From NCBI RefSeq assembly GCF_021028975.2, contig NC_059428.1, positions 64,046,001 through 64,110,000 on the forward strand: a stretch of DNA of 64,000 nucleotides, read 5' to 3'. Positions 51,901-63,080 of the stretch are shown piece by piece. Source of the DNA: Sphaerodactylus townsendi. Its lineage: Eukaryota. Position 1 is the stretch's first letter. Each line of letters starts with the position of its first letter. The notes beneath the pieces were generated by a model. That model was not told the origin of the DNA. It ran no database searches and saw nothing but the letters and a program-made list of their open reading frames with translations. The position numbers and the translations under genes were made by a program.

Positions 51901-54900
51901 GGAATTACCTCTGAGACAGAAAGTCCCATTCTTAGGAGTTCTTCTGCAAGTTCCAAGAGAGCTCCAGCAAAAACAAGCACAAAATTTGTTCCATCACCAA
52001 CTTCTTGCTCTTGCATGTGTAAAGCCATGACAATCATTTTTGCAGCAGGGTGCTGAACCTATTTAAAATTCGATGTGAGAATTATTGAGCATATCCTTAA
52101 ATACCTGGTGAACACTAGCATGCTTCACCATGCTATAAAAGCAACAGTACAATCCTATGTGGACTCTCTCCAAGCTAAACCCACTGATATCCATGCGTTT
52201 AGACTGAGTAATGCTAAACAGGATTGCACAGTAAGAGAGATCTCTTATCCCCATTATATACTAGATTAGCCATAAGCTGCAACCCGGGCGGTATAAGCCT
52301 CTAAGGCACTGAATTTTACTGACCGTCAAAACCTGGGAAAACTTCTATTGACTACAAGTGTGAAGCGGGAAGGGGAAGCTGGGGTTTGAGGAAGCCCAGC
52401 CAGCCAGCAGGCAGAGGGAGCTCCTTATTTGGGAAGTGACATCAGGGGGAGACACTGCCCAAATAAGGAGCTCCCTCTGCCTCCCAGTTGGCTACACTAG
52501 GATCTTTTTATATTTCTATATGCAGAATTTCTCTAGCAAATATTGATGTAGTATCAGCAGCAATAATCTATTTCAGCATGAAATAAACTTCTTGTAGCCT
52601 GAATGAACAAGCAATGGTTGAAACTACTCCCCACTTCCACCTTTTTTTGAAAATTAATTCAACACAGTAGGTGTGGTTGTTAGAGTGACAGGCTAGGACA
52701 GGGGTAGGGAACCTGCGGCTCTCCAGATGTTCAGGAACTACAATTCCCATCAGCCCCTACCAGCATGGCCAATTGGCCATGCTGACAGAAGCTGATGGGA
52801 ATTGTAGTTCCTGAACATCTGGAGAGCCGCAGGTTCCCTACCCCTGGGCTAGGACCTGGCAGATCACAGTTCAAATTGACACTGCTGAAGAAGCTTGCTC
52901 GGTGACCTTGGAACAGTCATACACTCAGATGAACCTATCTCACAGGGTTGTTAGGAAGATAAAACAAAGGAGAGAATAATATAAGCTGCTATTAAACCAA
53001 CTCGAGAGAATTGCAGGGCATACATGAAATAAATAAGGTACACATAACTGCCTTTTGTTCAAATCTCTTCCCACACCATACTATCTCATCTTTCTCTCTT
53101 CTTCCCTCCTCCAATCTATCTCTGACTCAGACAGCCTCATAGAGAAAACTTTAGTGAAGAAATCCTGCCTTGAAAAATAATATATTAACAAAATAGCATG
53201 AAGAATTCTGATGTTTAATGTGGCTTTTAAAAAGTAGATTCTAGGTAAAAGTTGCAAAAAAATAACTTACCTCTAACTCTCTTAAAATAGTTGCAGCATC
53301 ATTGGTAACAAACAGCTTTTCCAAATGATTGATAACCATTTTGTTCATTCCTAAAGAAAATCAAAACACTTCAAGTACAGTTTCAGTCCTCACTGTAAGC
53401 TATATTCACCACAGTATTAATCATAAATAGAAAATACATGATATTTGCCTTTGTAACATATGAAAAAGTTTCAAAAAAAATAATTGTTAGGATTTTAGAA
53501 GTGCCTGCTTCATTCAGTCAAGCAAGAGTTAACTGCTGAAGTCACATGACTGGAATCAAATGAGCTTCCGAAAGATCTCTCTGTTTCTTCCTCCAGCAAA
53601 AGAGGAGAGACAGACACACAAGCACAGGTAGGCTGCACAGACACCTATACTGAGCACTTGAATAGACAGAGTTTGCTGTTCCTATATTTACTGTAAGTTC
53701 ATTTATTATCTAGTAAAGTTCTACAACTCACTTGCATCTCTGCCTTCTTATTTACTCTAATAATTCATTGTACTACAGCAAGAATTAATCTGTTACAAAA
53801 TATTATGCCTTTATAATTGTCCTTTTAGGTCTGAATAAAGCCTTATATCTATCTCTATTAAAATTAAAGACATCTTACCATTTGGTCCATAAGCTGTACG
53901 AGTAGTTTGAGCAAGTTCTTTGCATGCCTGAATGTTTCGAAACACTGCCTCCTCCAATCCCGCATAATGCTACAAATACAAAACATGTGAACATGTGAAT
54001 TCTTGAAAAGTTAAAATACATGACTTTAGACAAATCATGAACGCAAACTAAATATTTTAAAACTATCAAAACAGTTGAGCAACCCAGATTGTTGTTACAT
54101 TAATTTACATTTGTTTTCATTTGAGCATCTGTGTGTAAATCAGAGATGTCTTAACTTGAAACTGCTTTCCTCAAAGTATCACTTCAAAATTTTATTTCCA
54201 CTAAATTTTCTGTTACAGGAAGGGGATCTTCAACATTAGTACGGTGATTAAACCCAGCTCCTTCTGTTGATGGACAACCAGATGGACACCATCCCAGATA
54301 CACTGGCTGTGTGCACAAGGGCTGTGGTGGGGCAGCTCCAGTCGAGTCAGCTGAAATTGAATCCATCTAAGATAGAGATACTGTGGCTGGGCCGAACTGG
54401 ACTGGATCTTGAGATAGTTCGATTGGCACTATGTGCCTCTGCCAAAAGCCTGGGAGTGATCTTGGATGCCTCCCTTTCTTTGGAGGCACAGGTCATTAGT
54501 ATTGCCAGACTGGCTCCTTCCATCTTTGCGAAGTCCAGCAATGTATGTCCTACTTTTACAATGTATGTCCTACTTTTCCAATCTAGCTACCGTGATCCAT
54601 GCAATGGACAGCTTCAGAAAAAGACTACTGTAACTTATTCTATGCAAGGCCATTTTTGAAACTGTTCCAGAAGCTACAATTGGTCCAGGATGCAATAGCA
54701 CAGGTCCTCAAAGGATCCTCCTGGAGGGCATATATTCAGCCTGTGCTCCAGCAGCTGACAGGCTTCAGATTGATTTCTGGATTAAGTTCTTACCTTCGAT
54801 GTCCTAAACAATCTAGGACCTTTGTACTTGTGGGACTACTCCCCCCGCAAAAAAGAGATTTGCACTCTTTGTCTGACAATCTCCTGGTTATCCCTGACCC

Positions 54901-56710
54901 AAAGACCATTCAGCTGTTCTCAACTAGGGCTGCAGCATTCTCAGCCATGACACCTGCCTGGTAGAACTCCCTACCTGAGACCTCAGCCCTTAAGGATCTT
55001 TCCAGTTCCAGAAGGCTTGTAAGACAAAGATGCTCCACCACCCCCTTTTTTTCTGTCAGTATAGTTGAGTGCAACTATAGTTTACATCTATTTACTGGCC
55101 TAGATTCTTGTATTTTCAATTGCTGCACTCCCTCCTGCTTACCCCTTCACTCCAGCTCTCCTCCCTCTCCCTTTCCTTCCTGAAATGAATCTCATGTTGT
55201 TGATTCACATTTGCTAACTTCTATCCAATTTTACTCAAAATATAAACCCTAGTTAATTGCATGGTAAATTGCATTTCAGTCTTCCTGAATCTTGTCTTAT
55301 AAATGAACAATTAGACTGATTTCCAACACTTTAACAAACCCATTTGTATGTAAGAATGAATTCAATATGTTGCTACATGCTAACATACTCCCTCCCTACA
55401 TGCAGAGTACCACTGAAAATGTCCTAATTTCAGTAAACTCCAATTGGCTGCAAACTCCAAATGCTGGAAAACTCAAGAGTTTGTTTCCTCCTAGGAACCA
55501 GAACTGGGTGATGTTCTAAGTTATACAACTTTCCTCTTTTGTTCTCACATTACCATACATCTAGTTTTAATATCATTCAAAGAGCGCTTTAAAAAAATTA
55601 CATTGATATTACAATAAATGGTTTTAGAAACACCACTATAAAGTTACGGACTCCACCTAAAACCTTCAGAGCATGAAACTGACAGAATGGGACTATCCTC
55701 TTTCTCACTGCAGTCCACAGAGATTCTGCTCCTAGGAATCAGTATATTTTCAAGAATATTTAAGGTCCGGAGTCAACAGGAAAGAATCAACAGAAATTGC
55801 CATCCTCTCCTCCCATAAACACCATTTCACTACCAAAAGAACACTTTTAGATTCAACTGATCATTAAAGATAACATTTAAAGAGAAATACTTCAATGGAA
55901 TCCAAATTTTCTATGACATGTGACAATATGGATTCATTGGAAATCTGTTTAAAATATATGTATGCTTCTTTTACTCAATCTGAGTATCTGTTTTCGTGTA
56001 CCACTTCAATGGATGACAAGAGAGAAAAAGCGGGAACCATGGTACCACACAGTAAAAAAAACAACCCAGATATGTTCAAGACGGAGAAGAGGGCTTCTTA
56101 GATGATAATGAGGATTTCAAAAAGCTGAGCAAGTATTACAGAAGGCATGGAGCTCTGCAAAATACAGAACCTTCAACACCACGGGTACTGTCTGCTTCCA
56201 ATCACCAATACCATGTTGTGTTAAACCCCAAACATGCACAAAGGTCCCCATGCTTAAGAAAACAAACTGTATCAAACTGATTTTTGAAAAAAAATAGAGC
56301 AAAAATATTCAGAGTCGGTTCTTGCTATTAACGCCCTTCTCGTACGCATCAGCCAATGGCGGGGAAGGGGATTGTCCATCCAGCCGGTTCCACCCTACAG
56401 TGAACACGTTACCGAGCGAAATGAAGCTTAAGGCACCTCCTGACACCCCGCGGAGGTCGGAGGGAGAACTCACCCCGCCGCCGCCATGCTCGAAGAAAGA
56501 AAAACGCCAGTTCGGCCGTGCGCGTGCCAAACAAGCGCGTTTCCATGGGAGACACGGGCCTTTGAAGCCCTACATGGCGCATGGCACCGGCTGCACGGAA
56601 CTGCCTTCGCGGCTGGAACCTTCCGCGCCCCGCGCCCGTCCCTTGCTCACCTTCGCTCCTTCCTTCAGCATTTGAGCAAAGCCCGGAGCCTTCGGAACGT
56701 GCAACGCCAT
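39909..56710 (-). CDS. CCT8: T-complex protein 1 subunit theta (TRiC/CCT chaperonin), 548 aa with the canonical last exon
   Basis: 15 GT-AG exons total 1647 nt in frame. Starts MALHVPKAPGFAQMLKEG and contains GPNG, TNDAATIL, GDGTN and VPGGGA chaperonin motifs. Confidence 0.97.
40866..41049. mobile_element. SPIN (Space Invader)/URR1-type hAT MITE
   Basis: CAGTGGTTCTCAACCTTCCTAATGCTGTGACCCTTTAATACAGTTCCTCATGTTG...GGGTCGCAACCCACAGGTTGAGAACCACTG matches my recollection of SPIN non-autonomous ends; TSD degraded. Confidence 0.85.
41449..41541 (-). CDS. CCT8: CCT8 alternative (proximal) terminal exon 15a, giving a 553-aa isoform
   Basis: TTTCTGTAG acceptor, phase 0 (matching exon 14), IIMAKAAGGPKAPKSTGHWDKDDWKDDHEQ*; paralogous to the canonical last exon. 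Confidence 0.75.
   Translation of the reverse strand: MIMAKAAGGPKAPKSTGHWDKDDWKDDHEQ
42342..42461 (-). CDS. CCT8: CCT8 exon 14
   Basis: AEAAAVKDMVGAGVLDTYLGKHWGIKLATNAAVTVLRVDQ|GTGAG. Confidence 0.95.
44831..44995 (-). CDS. CCT8: CCT8 exon 13
   Basis: TCPGLDQYAIKKFAEAFEAIPRALAENSG...NVGFDIE|GTAAG. Confidence 0.95.
45075..45146 (-). CDS. CCT8: CCT8 exon 12
   Basis: DKRLVPGGGATEIELAKQITSYGE|GTAAG. Confidence 0.95.
45280..45395 (-). CDS. CCT8: CCT8 exon 11
   Basis: NEDGAISTILVRGSTDNLMDDVERAVDDGVNTFKVLTR|GTGAG. Confidence 0.95.
45892..45979 (-). CDS. CCT8: CCT8 exon 10
   Basis: TPPNQEEMGHCDSVYLSEVGETHVVVFKH|GTATG. Confidence 0.95.
46058..46124 (-). CDS. CCT8: CCT8 exon 9
   Basis: LNSKWDLRRLCKTVGATALPRL|GTATG. 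Confidence 0.95.
47316..47494 (-). CDS. CCT8: CCT8 exon 8
   Basis: GTVLIKNAEELMNFSKGEE...ALHYANKYNLMVV(R)|GTAAG. Confidence 0.95.
48465..48602. mobile_element. Older related palindromic hAT MITE
   Basis: CAGGGG...CCCCTG ends, shared TTCCCATCAGC...GGCCAATTGG core, 8-bp TSD ATTTAGGG. Confidence 0.85.
49516..49653 (-). CDS. CCT8: CCT8 exon 7
   Basis: GSGICASTVLHGMVFKKETEG...PFDGMITETK|GTATG. Confidence 0.95.
49845..49906 (-). CDS. CCT8: CCT8 exon 6
   Basis: SIFPESGHFNVDNIRVCKIL|GTAAG. Confidence 0.95.
51097..51277 (-). CDS. CCT8: CCT8 exon 5
   Basis: VIEGYEKASKKALEIL...MSKQCGSEMFLSKLIAQAC|GTAAG. Confidence 0.95.
51909..52058 (-). CDS. CCT8: CCT8 exon 4
   Basis: VQHPAAKMIVMALHMQEQEVGDGTNFV...GLSVSE|GTAAT. 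Confidence 0.95.
52668..53036 (+). mobile_element. Older MIR/Squam3-like SINE split by the 52699-52846 MITE
   Basis: Head GTGTGGTTGTTAGAGTG before the MITE; GGTGACCTTGG core and AAATAAATAA tail after it. Confidence 0.65.
52699..52846. mobile_element. 148-bp palindromic hAT-type MITE (same family as 4927-5074), nested in a SINE
   Basis: Same TIRs, 8-bp TSD GGCTAGGA; differs from the reverse complement of 4927-5074 at about 2 positions. Confidence 0.93.
53271..53350 (-). CDS. CCT8: CCT8 exon 3
   Basis: MNKMVINHLEKLFVTNDAATILRELE|GTAAG. Confidence 0.95.
53879..53969 (-). CDS. CCT8: CCT8 exon 2
   Basis: HYAGLEEAVFRNIQACKELAQTTRTAYGPN(G)|GTAAG. Confidence 0.95.
54257..55035 (+). mobile_element. 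Degenerate L2 LINE (3' part of RT) in CCT8 intron 1
   Basis: Broken ORFs LKLNPSKIEILWLG, SLGVILDASLSLEAQV and KLQLVQDAIAQVL, typical of L2/CR1-group ORF2. Confidence 0.8.
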
Positions 56711-56930
56711 CGCCCCGCTTTCTTTGCCGCGCTCTTTCACCGCCGCACTCAGACCCACACGCGCACAACCACTGAACGGAAGCGAACGATGGCAGCGGCG
56801 CGTGCACTCGTCGTTGCATGCGCAAGCGCATGGACAGGAAGGCGGAGAAATTCATCCGGAAATGAGGAAGAAGAAAATCTAGAAGAAAGTCCCAGAGCCT
56901 CGTTAATCAGAGCGCATGCGCGGCTACAGA
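56310..56930 (-). promoter_or_regulatory. CCT8 CpG-island promoter
   Basis: CpG-rich; NRF1-like TGCGCAAGCGCA (56819-56830) and GCGCATGCGC (56912-56921); ETS-like CGGAA motifs. Confidence 0.8.
56651..56710 (-). CDS. CCT8: CCT8 exon 1, coding part
   Basis: MALHVPKAPGFAQMLKEGAK|GTGAG, in a CpG island. Confidence 0.95.
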
Positions 56931-59900
56931 GTTTTGCAGAGTTCTTTGTTCTCCCAGTCATATATAATGCTGGTTATCGTCGGGCTGTCACCCTGATCTT
57001 AAGTGTATGTTCTAGTCGGTGGATCAGTGATTTCGGAGTTTCTGTTCGTTGATTTATTAATTTGATCGGGATTTAGGGAAGATGGTGGCCCGTGATTTAG
57101 AGGCATAGCCAGCCCCCCCCCCCCCTTTCCAGAATGATTTCACTGTAATGTACAGAAAAGGTTGCATTCTTCTGGCAAATGTGAGCCTTTTAAAGGAAAC
57201 TGTAGTGTTTGTAATCATAATATGGTCTAAGTATAGTTACGAAATTCTTGGAGAATCCACACGTACCTTGATGCAAGGACATGCTTGGATGGATGAGATG
57301 GTGGGATCTGAGTCAAATTTGGGGAACCCCATCTATCACTGATTTTTGACACACACACCCTCCAAAAACAATTCTTGGTAATTAATACCCACACAAAGAA
57401 ACTGTCATGGAGAAAATTAAAAAGGAAATTTTCAGTACATTCTTAGGTACAGCAAATTAATGGTCCAGGTGAGATGATATACTTGAAACGCTGCTTTCAC
57501 AGTTTGATACTCAAGCCAATCTATGCATGTTTACTTGGAAGTAAATAACAAGGCTTATTCCCAAATAAGTGAGTATAATATGATGTCTAGAAGAGTGCTC
57601 TTGAATCTGACTCATGCTGAATATTGCTAATACAGAAGGGTCATTTATCCTCTTACATTTGTAGCAAATTAATTCTTCTAAAATATGGCTACTGCTGCTT
57701 TTCCTTGTTTTTTACATGGATTAGATATTTCACTGTTCTCTTTTAATTAGACTCTGAACTGGATGGCTCCAAACAGGCAATTGCCATCAACTGTAGCAGC
57801 AATTATTGTGTGCAAGACAACTTTTTGTTGTTGTTCCTTCCATGTTATGCTCCTGATTTTTTCCAGGAGCTGTGTTTTTTGGGATTTTCTCTTTGGGAGG
57901 CGGGAGGGAACAATTATGTATATTGAATAATAGAAGCTCAACTCATACGATATGGATTGACATTCCTTTTATCCACATTTATGTGTATTTCTTGATTTCA
58001 GCTGTAGTCATCCATTTAATGTCTGTTCTGTTCTATTGCAAGAGGTATAATAGAATTAGAGGGATTCTTATTAGCCATATACTAGCCCATTTTCTAGGAA
58101 GGGACTGGAAAACTCTTAACAATGATTATGCTTTCTAGTGAAAATTTTGAAATCATGCTTGGATTGCATTCAAAATCAGGAATATAAGGGACAATTGATG
58201 ATGTATTGTTATTACCCAAATTGATAGAGAAATATAATGTTATTTATTTGGGTCTGAGATAATTTTATTTAAATTGATTGTATTATGTCAGTAAAAAAGT
58301 GTTTGGTTTTATAACTATTTCAATAATGTATTTTACCACAAAATGTTATTCGTATTTGAGAATAGTTGGTTTTACACAAATTGCTTATAAAGTTTTAATA
58401 GACTGTTACATTTATTTCCCAGTTAAGTCACTTATTATATGTGAATAAGATCTCATTGGAAATCTAATTATTGGTTATACTCTGGAATTTGTATTGACTT
58501 ATTTTAATGGTCTATGACTAATAAACAAGCTCCCTGTATTGTTATCAGTTTGCATCTTCTCTCGTAATTGCAACTCTACGCTGCAAAAAGTTGTGCATCT
58601 TGAATATTTCTGGTGATGCCAGTCCCTTTCAGATTCAGTTAATGGACATTCTGGATGTTTGGCTATTTACAGAAGGCAACTCTCTAAGAAATATGAAGCT
58701 CTAATCACTGGAGCTGTAAAGCATCAAAAGATAAACTGGCCAGTTTTTCTGTCTCAAATGTGCTACAATGAGGCAAGGAAGACCCAATTGTCACCCCTCT
58801 CTTCCCTCTCCAAACTTCAGCAAAGGCACAATTAATTTAAATAAGATACTAGCAAGAAACAGATCTTCTTGTAACTTCACATGAGCTTTGACACTTATTT
58901 AAACTGTGTCCCAATTCATGCAGAGCAGCTCTGTACCTTTAAGGTTGTATGCCAGCATAATATCAACATGGACTGTAGATCTCTAGCATGCAACTTGGCA
59001 TACACAAGTTGCAGCACAGTTTAAAGAGACTGTTCAAAGTCACATGAGGAGCTGCTTTACATCTCCATTACATTTAAGTGTGGATGCAGTTTGCAAGGCT
59101 GTGGGAGAAACACCTCTGTCTGTTCATACTGTACTCATACATTTCTTAAAGTGATCAGTGAAGCTTAAATAACATCTTCAATCACAAAATGTGCTCTTAA
59201 TGCTCAACTAGCCAAGTGTTCAAGCAAAAGGATTGTGATCTTGATGGGGTCCTGGTAGTTCATCTGTATCACTAGCAATAGTACCTGAAGATTTACATTT
59301 CTGTAAATGTACATTTAATATTTATGGAGTTACTGTGAAAATAGAATTGTCTTCATGTGAAGTAATTTCCTCCATAGACACAAAAGCTATGCATCTTCTA
59401 AAAACTGTTACAAGATTCACAGTATTTCCTTTGAACACTCTCATCTGTATTATTTTTAAAAGTTTATTTTTGTAGGCTGACTAATAGTCCCAGCAAACAC
59501 CTTTTCAGTGAAGTCATACACCTCCCAAATGCTGACCATACTCAGCGACTCTAATGAAGTGAAAGGAGTGTAGTTAAAAAATAGAAGTGGACAGGTGTTT
59601 TGTTAGGCAGAAGGGCCTGGCTTGTATTAACAGATGCAAAGCAGTGAACACTTCAAGCTAAATAAATATGTGTCTCTTAAAGTCAATAGTTGTAATGTTT
59701 CTAATTCAGGAGATAACTTCAGAATGCCTGATGACTAAAACATGATATGATGCGTGGTCATCCCTACAGATCAGCTTGTGTTTCATAATATGATACATGA
59801 TCAAAATAATTTTGCTTAGGTACCAAATGTTGGATGACTAGAGCACTTTGGCATACAAGGGAGTACAGCACCACTGCTTGTTCCTACAGCAAACATAAGA

Positions 59901-61969
59901 AAAATTACCAGCATTCTGTTTTTTTCCCTAGGTACTTTTGTAGAGAGAGTTGCTAACTCCAGCTTGGGAAATCAGTGGCAAACTGCCACAAACCAGCCAG
60001 CCCTGCCGGACTCCCCCTCGTTATCCCCACTGCCCCCCCCCCACTGCAGAACTCCTCCTGCCACCCCTGCCATGCCACTGTTCCAACAACTACACAAACA
60101 ATGCAAAAATGCAATTAGTATCCAAAAGGCTATCACCACAACCACGTGGTATATTTTAACAAATAAATGAAAGTTTACAATAAATCATGTGTTTTTATAC
60201 ACTTCATATATAATTTCATCATCCAACATTTTATCATATCAGAAATAAGTACATAATTTTACATAAACAATTTTCAGTTACAAGCAATTTCAAAGCTGTG
60301 AAAATATGAGGTGGGGCTGGTTAACCTTCCGGATTTTTAGTTAACCTCGAATAGCCTTCCGAGGTTCCAACAAAACAAAAACCCAACAAACCTTTTCCTC
60401 TGCTCCATCTGAGTGGTGCCAGCTGGCAACACACTGGGGATGGGGCCAAAATGACCCCCGGTCCACTATAGATACACCAGTGTGGGAAATTCCTGGAGAT
60501 TTAATGATGGAGCCTGGAGTTTGGGGAGGGAGCTCAGCAGGAATGTAATGCAATACAGTCCACTCCCCCAAACTGCCACTTCCTTCTGGAGTACTGATCT
60601 TTGTACTTGGGAGATCAGTTGTAATTCTGGAAGATCTCCAGGCCCCATTTGGAAGTTGGCAACCCTAGTTGTAGGGTTTGCTATAAAGAAATGCAGACTC
60701 ACAGGAACTGTTTCAGCATTGTCCTATTGAAATGGTTGTACTTCACTAGACTAAACCAATGTGATGCTGAGTGGTGTCTAATTTTGATTTACCCCTTCCA
60801 AGGTTCGCGATTCTTGAAAAATCCGGGTTGGGGGGGAAACACGGAGCGGGCTCGTGTTAGGAGTGGGATGCATGCGAAGCTCCCTCCCCGCCCCCCCCCC
60901 CGGGTTTTATCCCCTCCTTAACCCATGTTTATTGGCCCATGCGGAAGGGGCCAGAATGTGGACTGAAAGCAAAAGTGAGAGGGTCGAGTTGCCAAGTCCA
61001 GGTTGGAAATTCCTAAAGATTTGGGGGCAGAGCCTGCGGAAAGCAGAGTTTGGGGAGGAGAAGACACTCCTCAACATACAACACTATAGAATTCACCCTC
61101 TGAAATTACTATTTTCTCCCTACACTTTACATTTTACATCTTAAAAAAACATCAATGGCAATCGCAGTGCCATGGGCCTGACATGGCAATCTCTCTTTTT
61201 TCCATCCTCACCCCTTACCAACTGATAAAGAATGCTGCAAAAGAGGTCAGTTACTTAGATTAAGGAGGGACTGGACCAAAAGACTTGAAATACAGAGCTT
61301 AGTTTTGGAATGTTATTTAACCAGAAGAGAATACCCTAAACATAAATGATAGCCAGTGTATTCTCTGAACAGAAGCAAATCCAAAGTAAGAAAAAAAGCT
61401 AATCTTGAGAGACTGGTCTATAGCTTTTCTTTTAACATGTATGAACTTGGTAAGAAAATATCCAAACATTAGAATATATTGGATGGAATTCCTGTGTGTG
61501 ATAAAAACATACTGTTTGTTTTAAAATAATATCTAATGTGAAATAACATATAATCTGAAATACCTACTAATACAGCGTGACACGTATTTACCCCTTACCA
61601 ACCAGTTTTATCAGAAGTTAGTTTGCCAAAGGGGTATTTTTCCTGTAGAAATTGAACATGTTGCAAGTTTACAGATAGTTTGTGATATTCAAAAATCCAG
61701 CAGATGGAAAACAGTGTGCTCAAACACTTCACCACATGCAGCTTTGTACAAGTTGATTAAATAATTGGAGTGACCTTTGTCAAGAAACTTTGTCAAAAAA
61801 CATTGGTTCAGGCTTAAGATCTACAATAAAATTTAAGAGTATAAATTAACCATGTGGCAAAAGCCTGAGCTATTGAAACTGAAATAAAGACAGAAGTCAT
61901 GTTTTACTCCTAGCATCTGGTTCTGATTTCAGTTTCAAAAGCACAGGACAAATTCAGGGATTCCTGAAT

Positions 61970-63080
61970 GAATTGGATTGTTTGAGTTCATTCCAATATG
62001 GTTTCAGGATCAGTTATGGGACTGAAATGGCATACCGTATATACTCGTGTATAAGTCGAGGCACCTAATTTTACCACAAAAAACTGGGAAAACTTATTGA
62101 CTCACATATAAGTCGAGGGTGAGAAATGCAGCAGCTACTGGTAAATTTCAAAAATAAAAATAGATACCAATAAAATTACATTAATTGAGGCATCAGTTGG
62201 TTAAATGTTTTTGAATATTTATTTCAAAGAAAAACAGTAGACTAGCTCTGTAAGTGGAAAAAAGGGTCAACAAGAACAATATGGTCTCAACAATAACTTT
62301 AAAAGTACAAAAACCTTAGCTCAACCAGCAACCAAGCTAAAACACAAGAGTTAAAATCCTTCAAAACTGGATTTTTGGTCAGCAGAGGAATGTTTATGTT
62401 AGCAGTGCCAACATTTCAGAGTATCTTTAGGAGACCCTCCTGATGATACCACTCAGGTTTGGTGAAGTTTGGTTCAGGGGGTCAACATGTAGCCTCATCT
62501 ACTATTAGCTCCCATTGGAAACAATGAGGGACGGGGGCACCCACTTTGGGGATCCATAACTTTGGACCCCCCTAAACCAAACATCACCCAAACTGGCTGA
62601 TATCAGCAAGGGATTATCCTGATGATACCACCCAGGTTTGGTGAAGTTTGGTTCAAGGAGTCCAAAGTTATGGACCCTCAAAAAGTAGCCCCATCTACTA
62701 TTAGCTCCCATTGGAAACAATGGGGGATGGACCCCCTGAACCAAACTTTGCCAAACCTGGGTGGTATCATCAGGAGAGTCTCTTGAAAAATCTCTGAAAT
62801 TTTGGTTCCACTAGCCTAAAAACTGCGCCCCCTGGCGGCCGACAAAATAAAAACCTTAAAATATTTTTTAAAAATACACCTGACTTGCATATAAGTCAAG
62901 GGGGGCTTTTTCAGCACAAAAAATGTGCTGAAAAATTTGACTTATATGCAAGTATATACGGTAAATCAACTTGGTGGATAAAATGTGCCCCGAGATGGAG
63001 GGGTATAACCTTGATAATTCTCCTGGACCTCTCAGTGGCTCTTTATACCATTGAACAAGGTATCCCTTCTTGACTGCATT
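61970..63080 (+). mobile_element. L2 RT fragment interrupted by the 62035-62961 transposon
   Basis: FQYGFRISYGTEMA immediately left of the TA site; LIILLDLSVALYTIEQGI to the right (cf. L2 QSGFR..GTETAL...LLDLSAAFDTIDH). Confidence 0.7.
62035..62961. mobile_element. Non-autonomous Tc1/mariner-superfamily (pogo/Tc2-like) DNA transposon
   Basis: TIR CCGTATATACTCGTGTATAAGTC versus GACTTATATGCAAGTATATACGG, TA target duplication, internal direct and inverted repeats. Confidence 0.85.

Noticed and set aside
56322-57052. Overlapping 117-188-aa ORFs at the CCT8 promoter
   Set aside because: GC-rich island artefacts; only the 60-nt CCT8 exon 1 has protein-level support.
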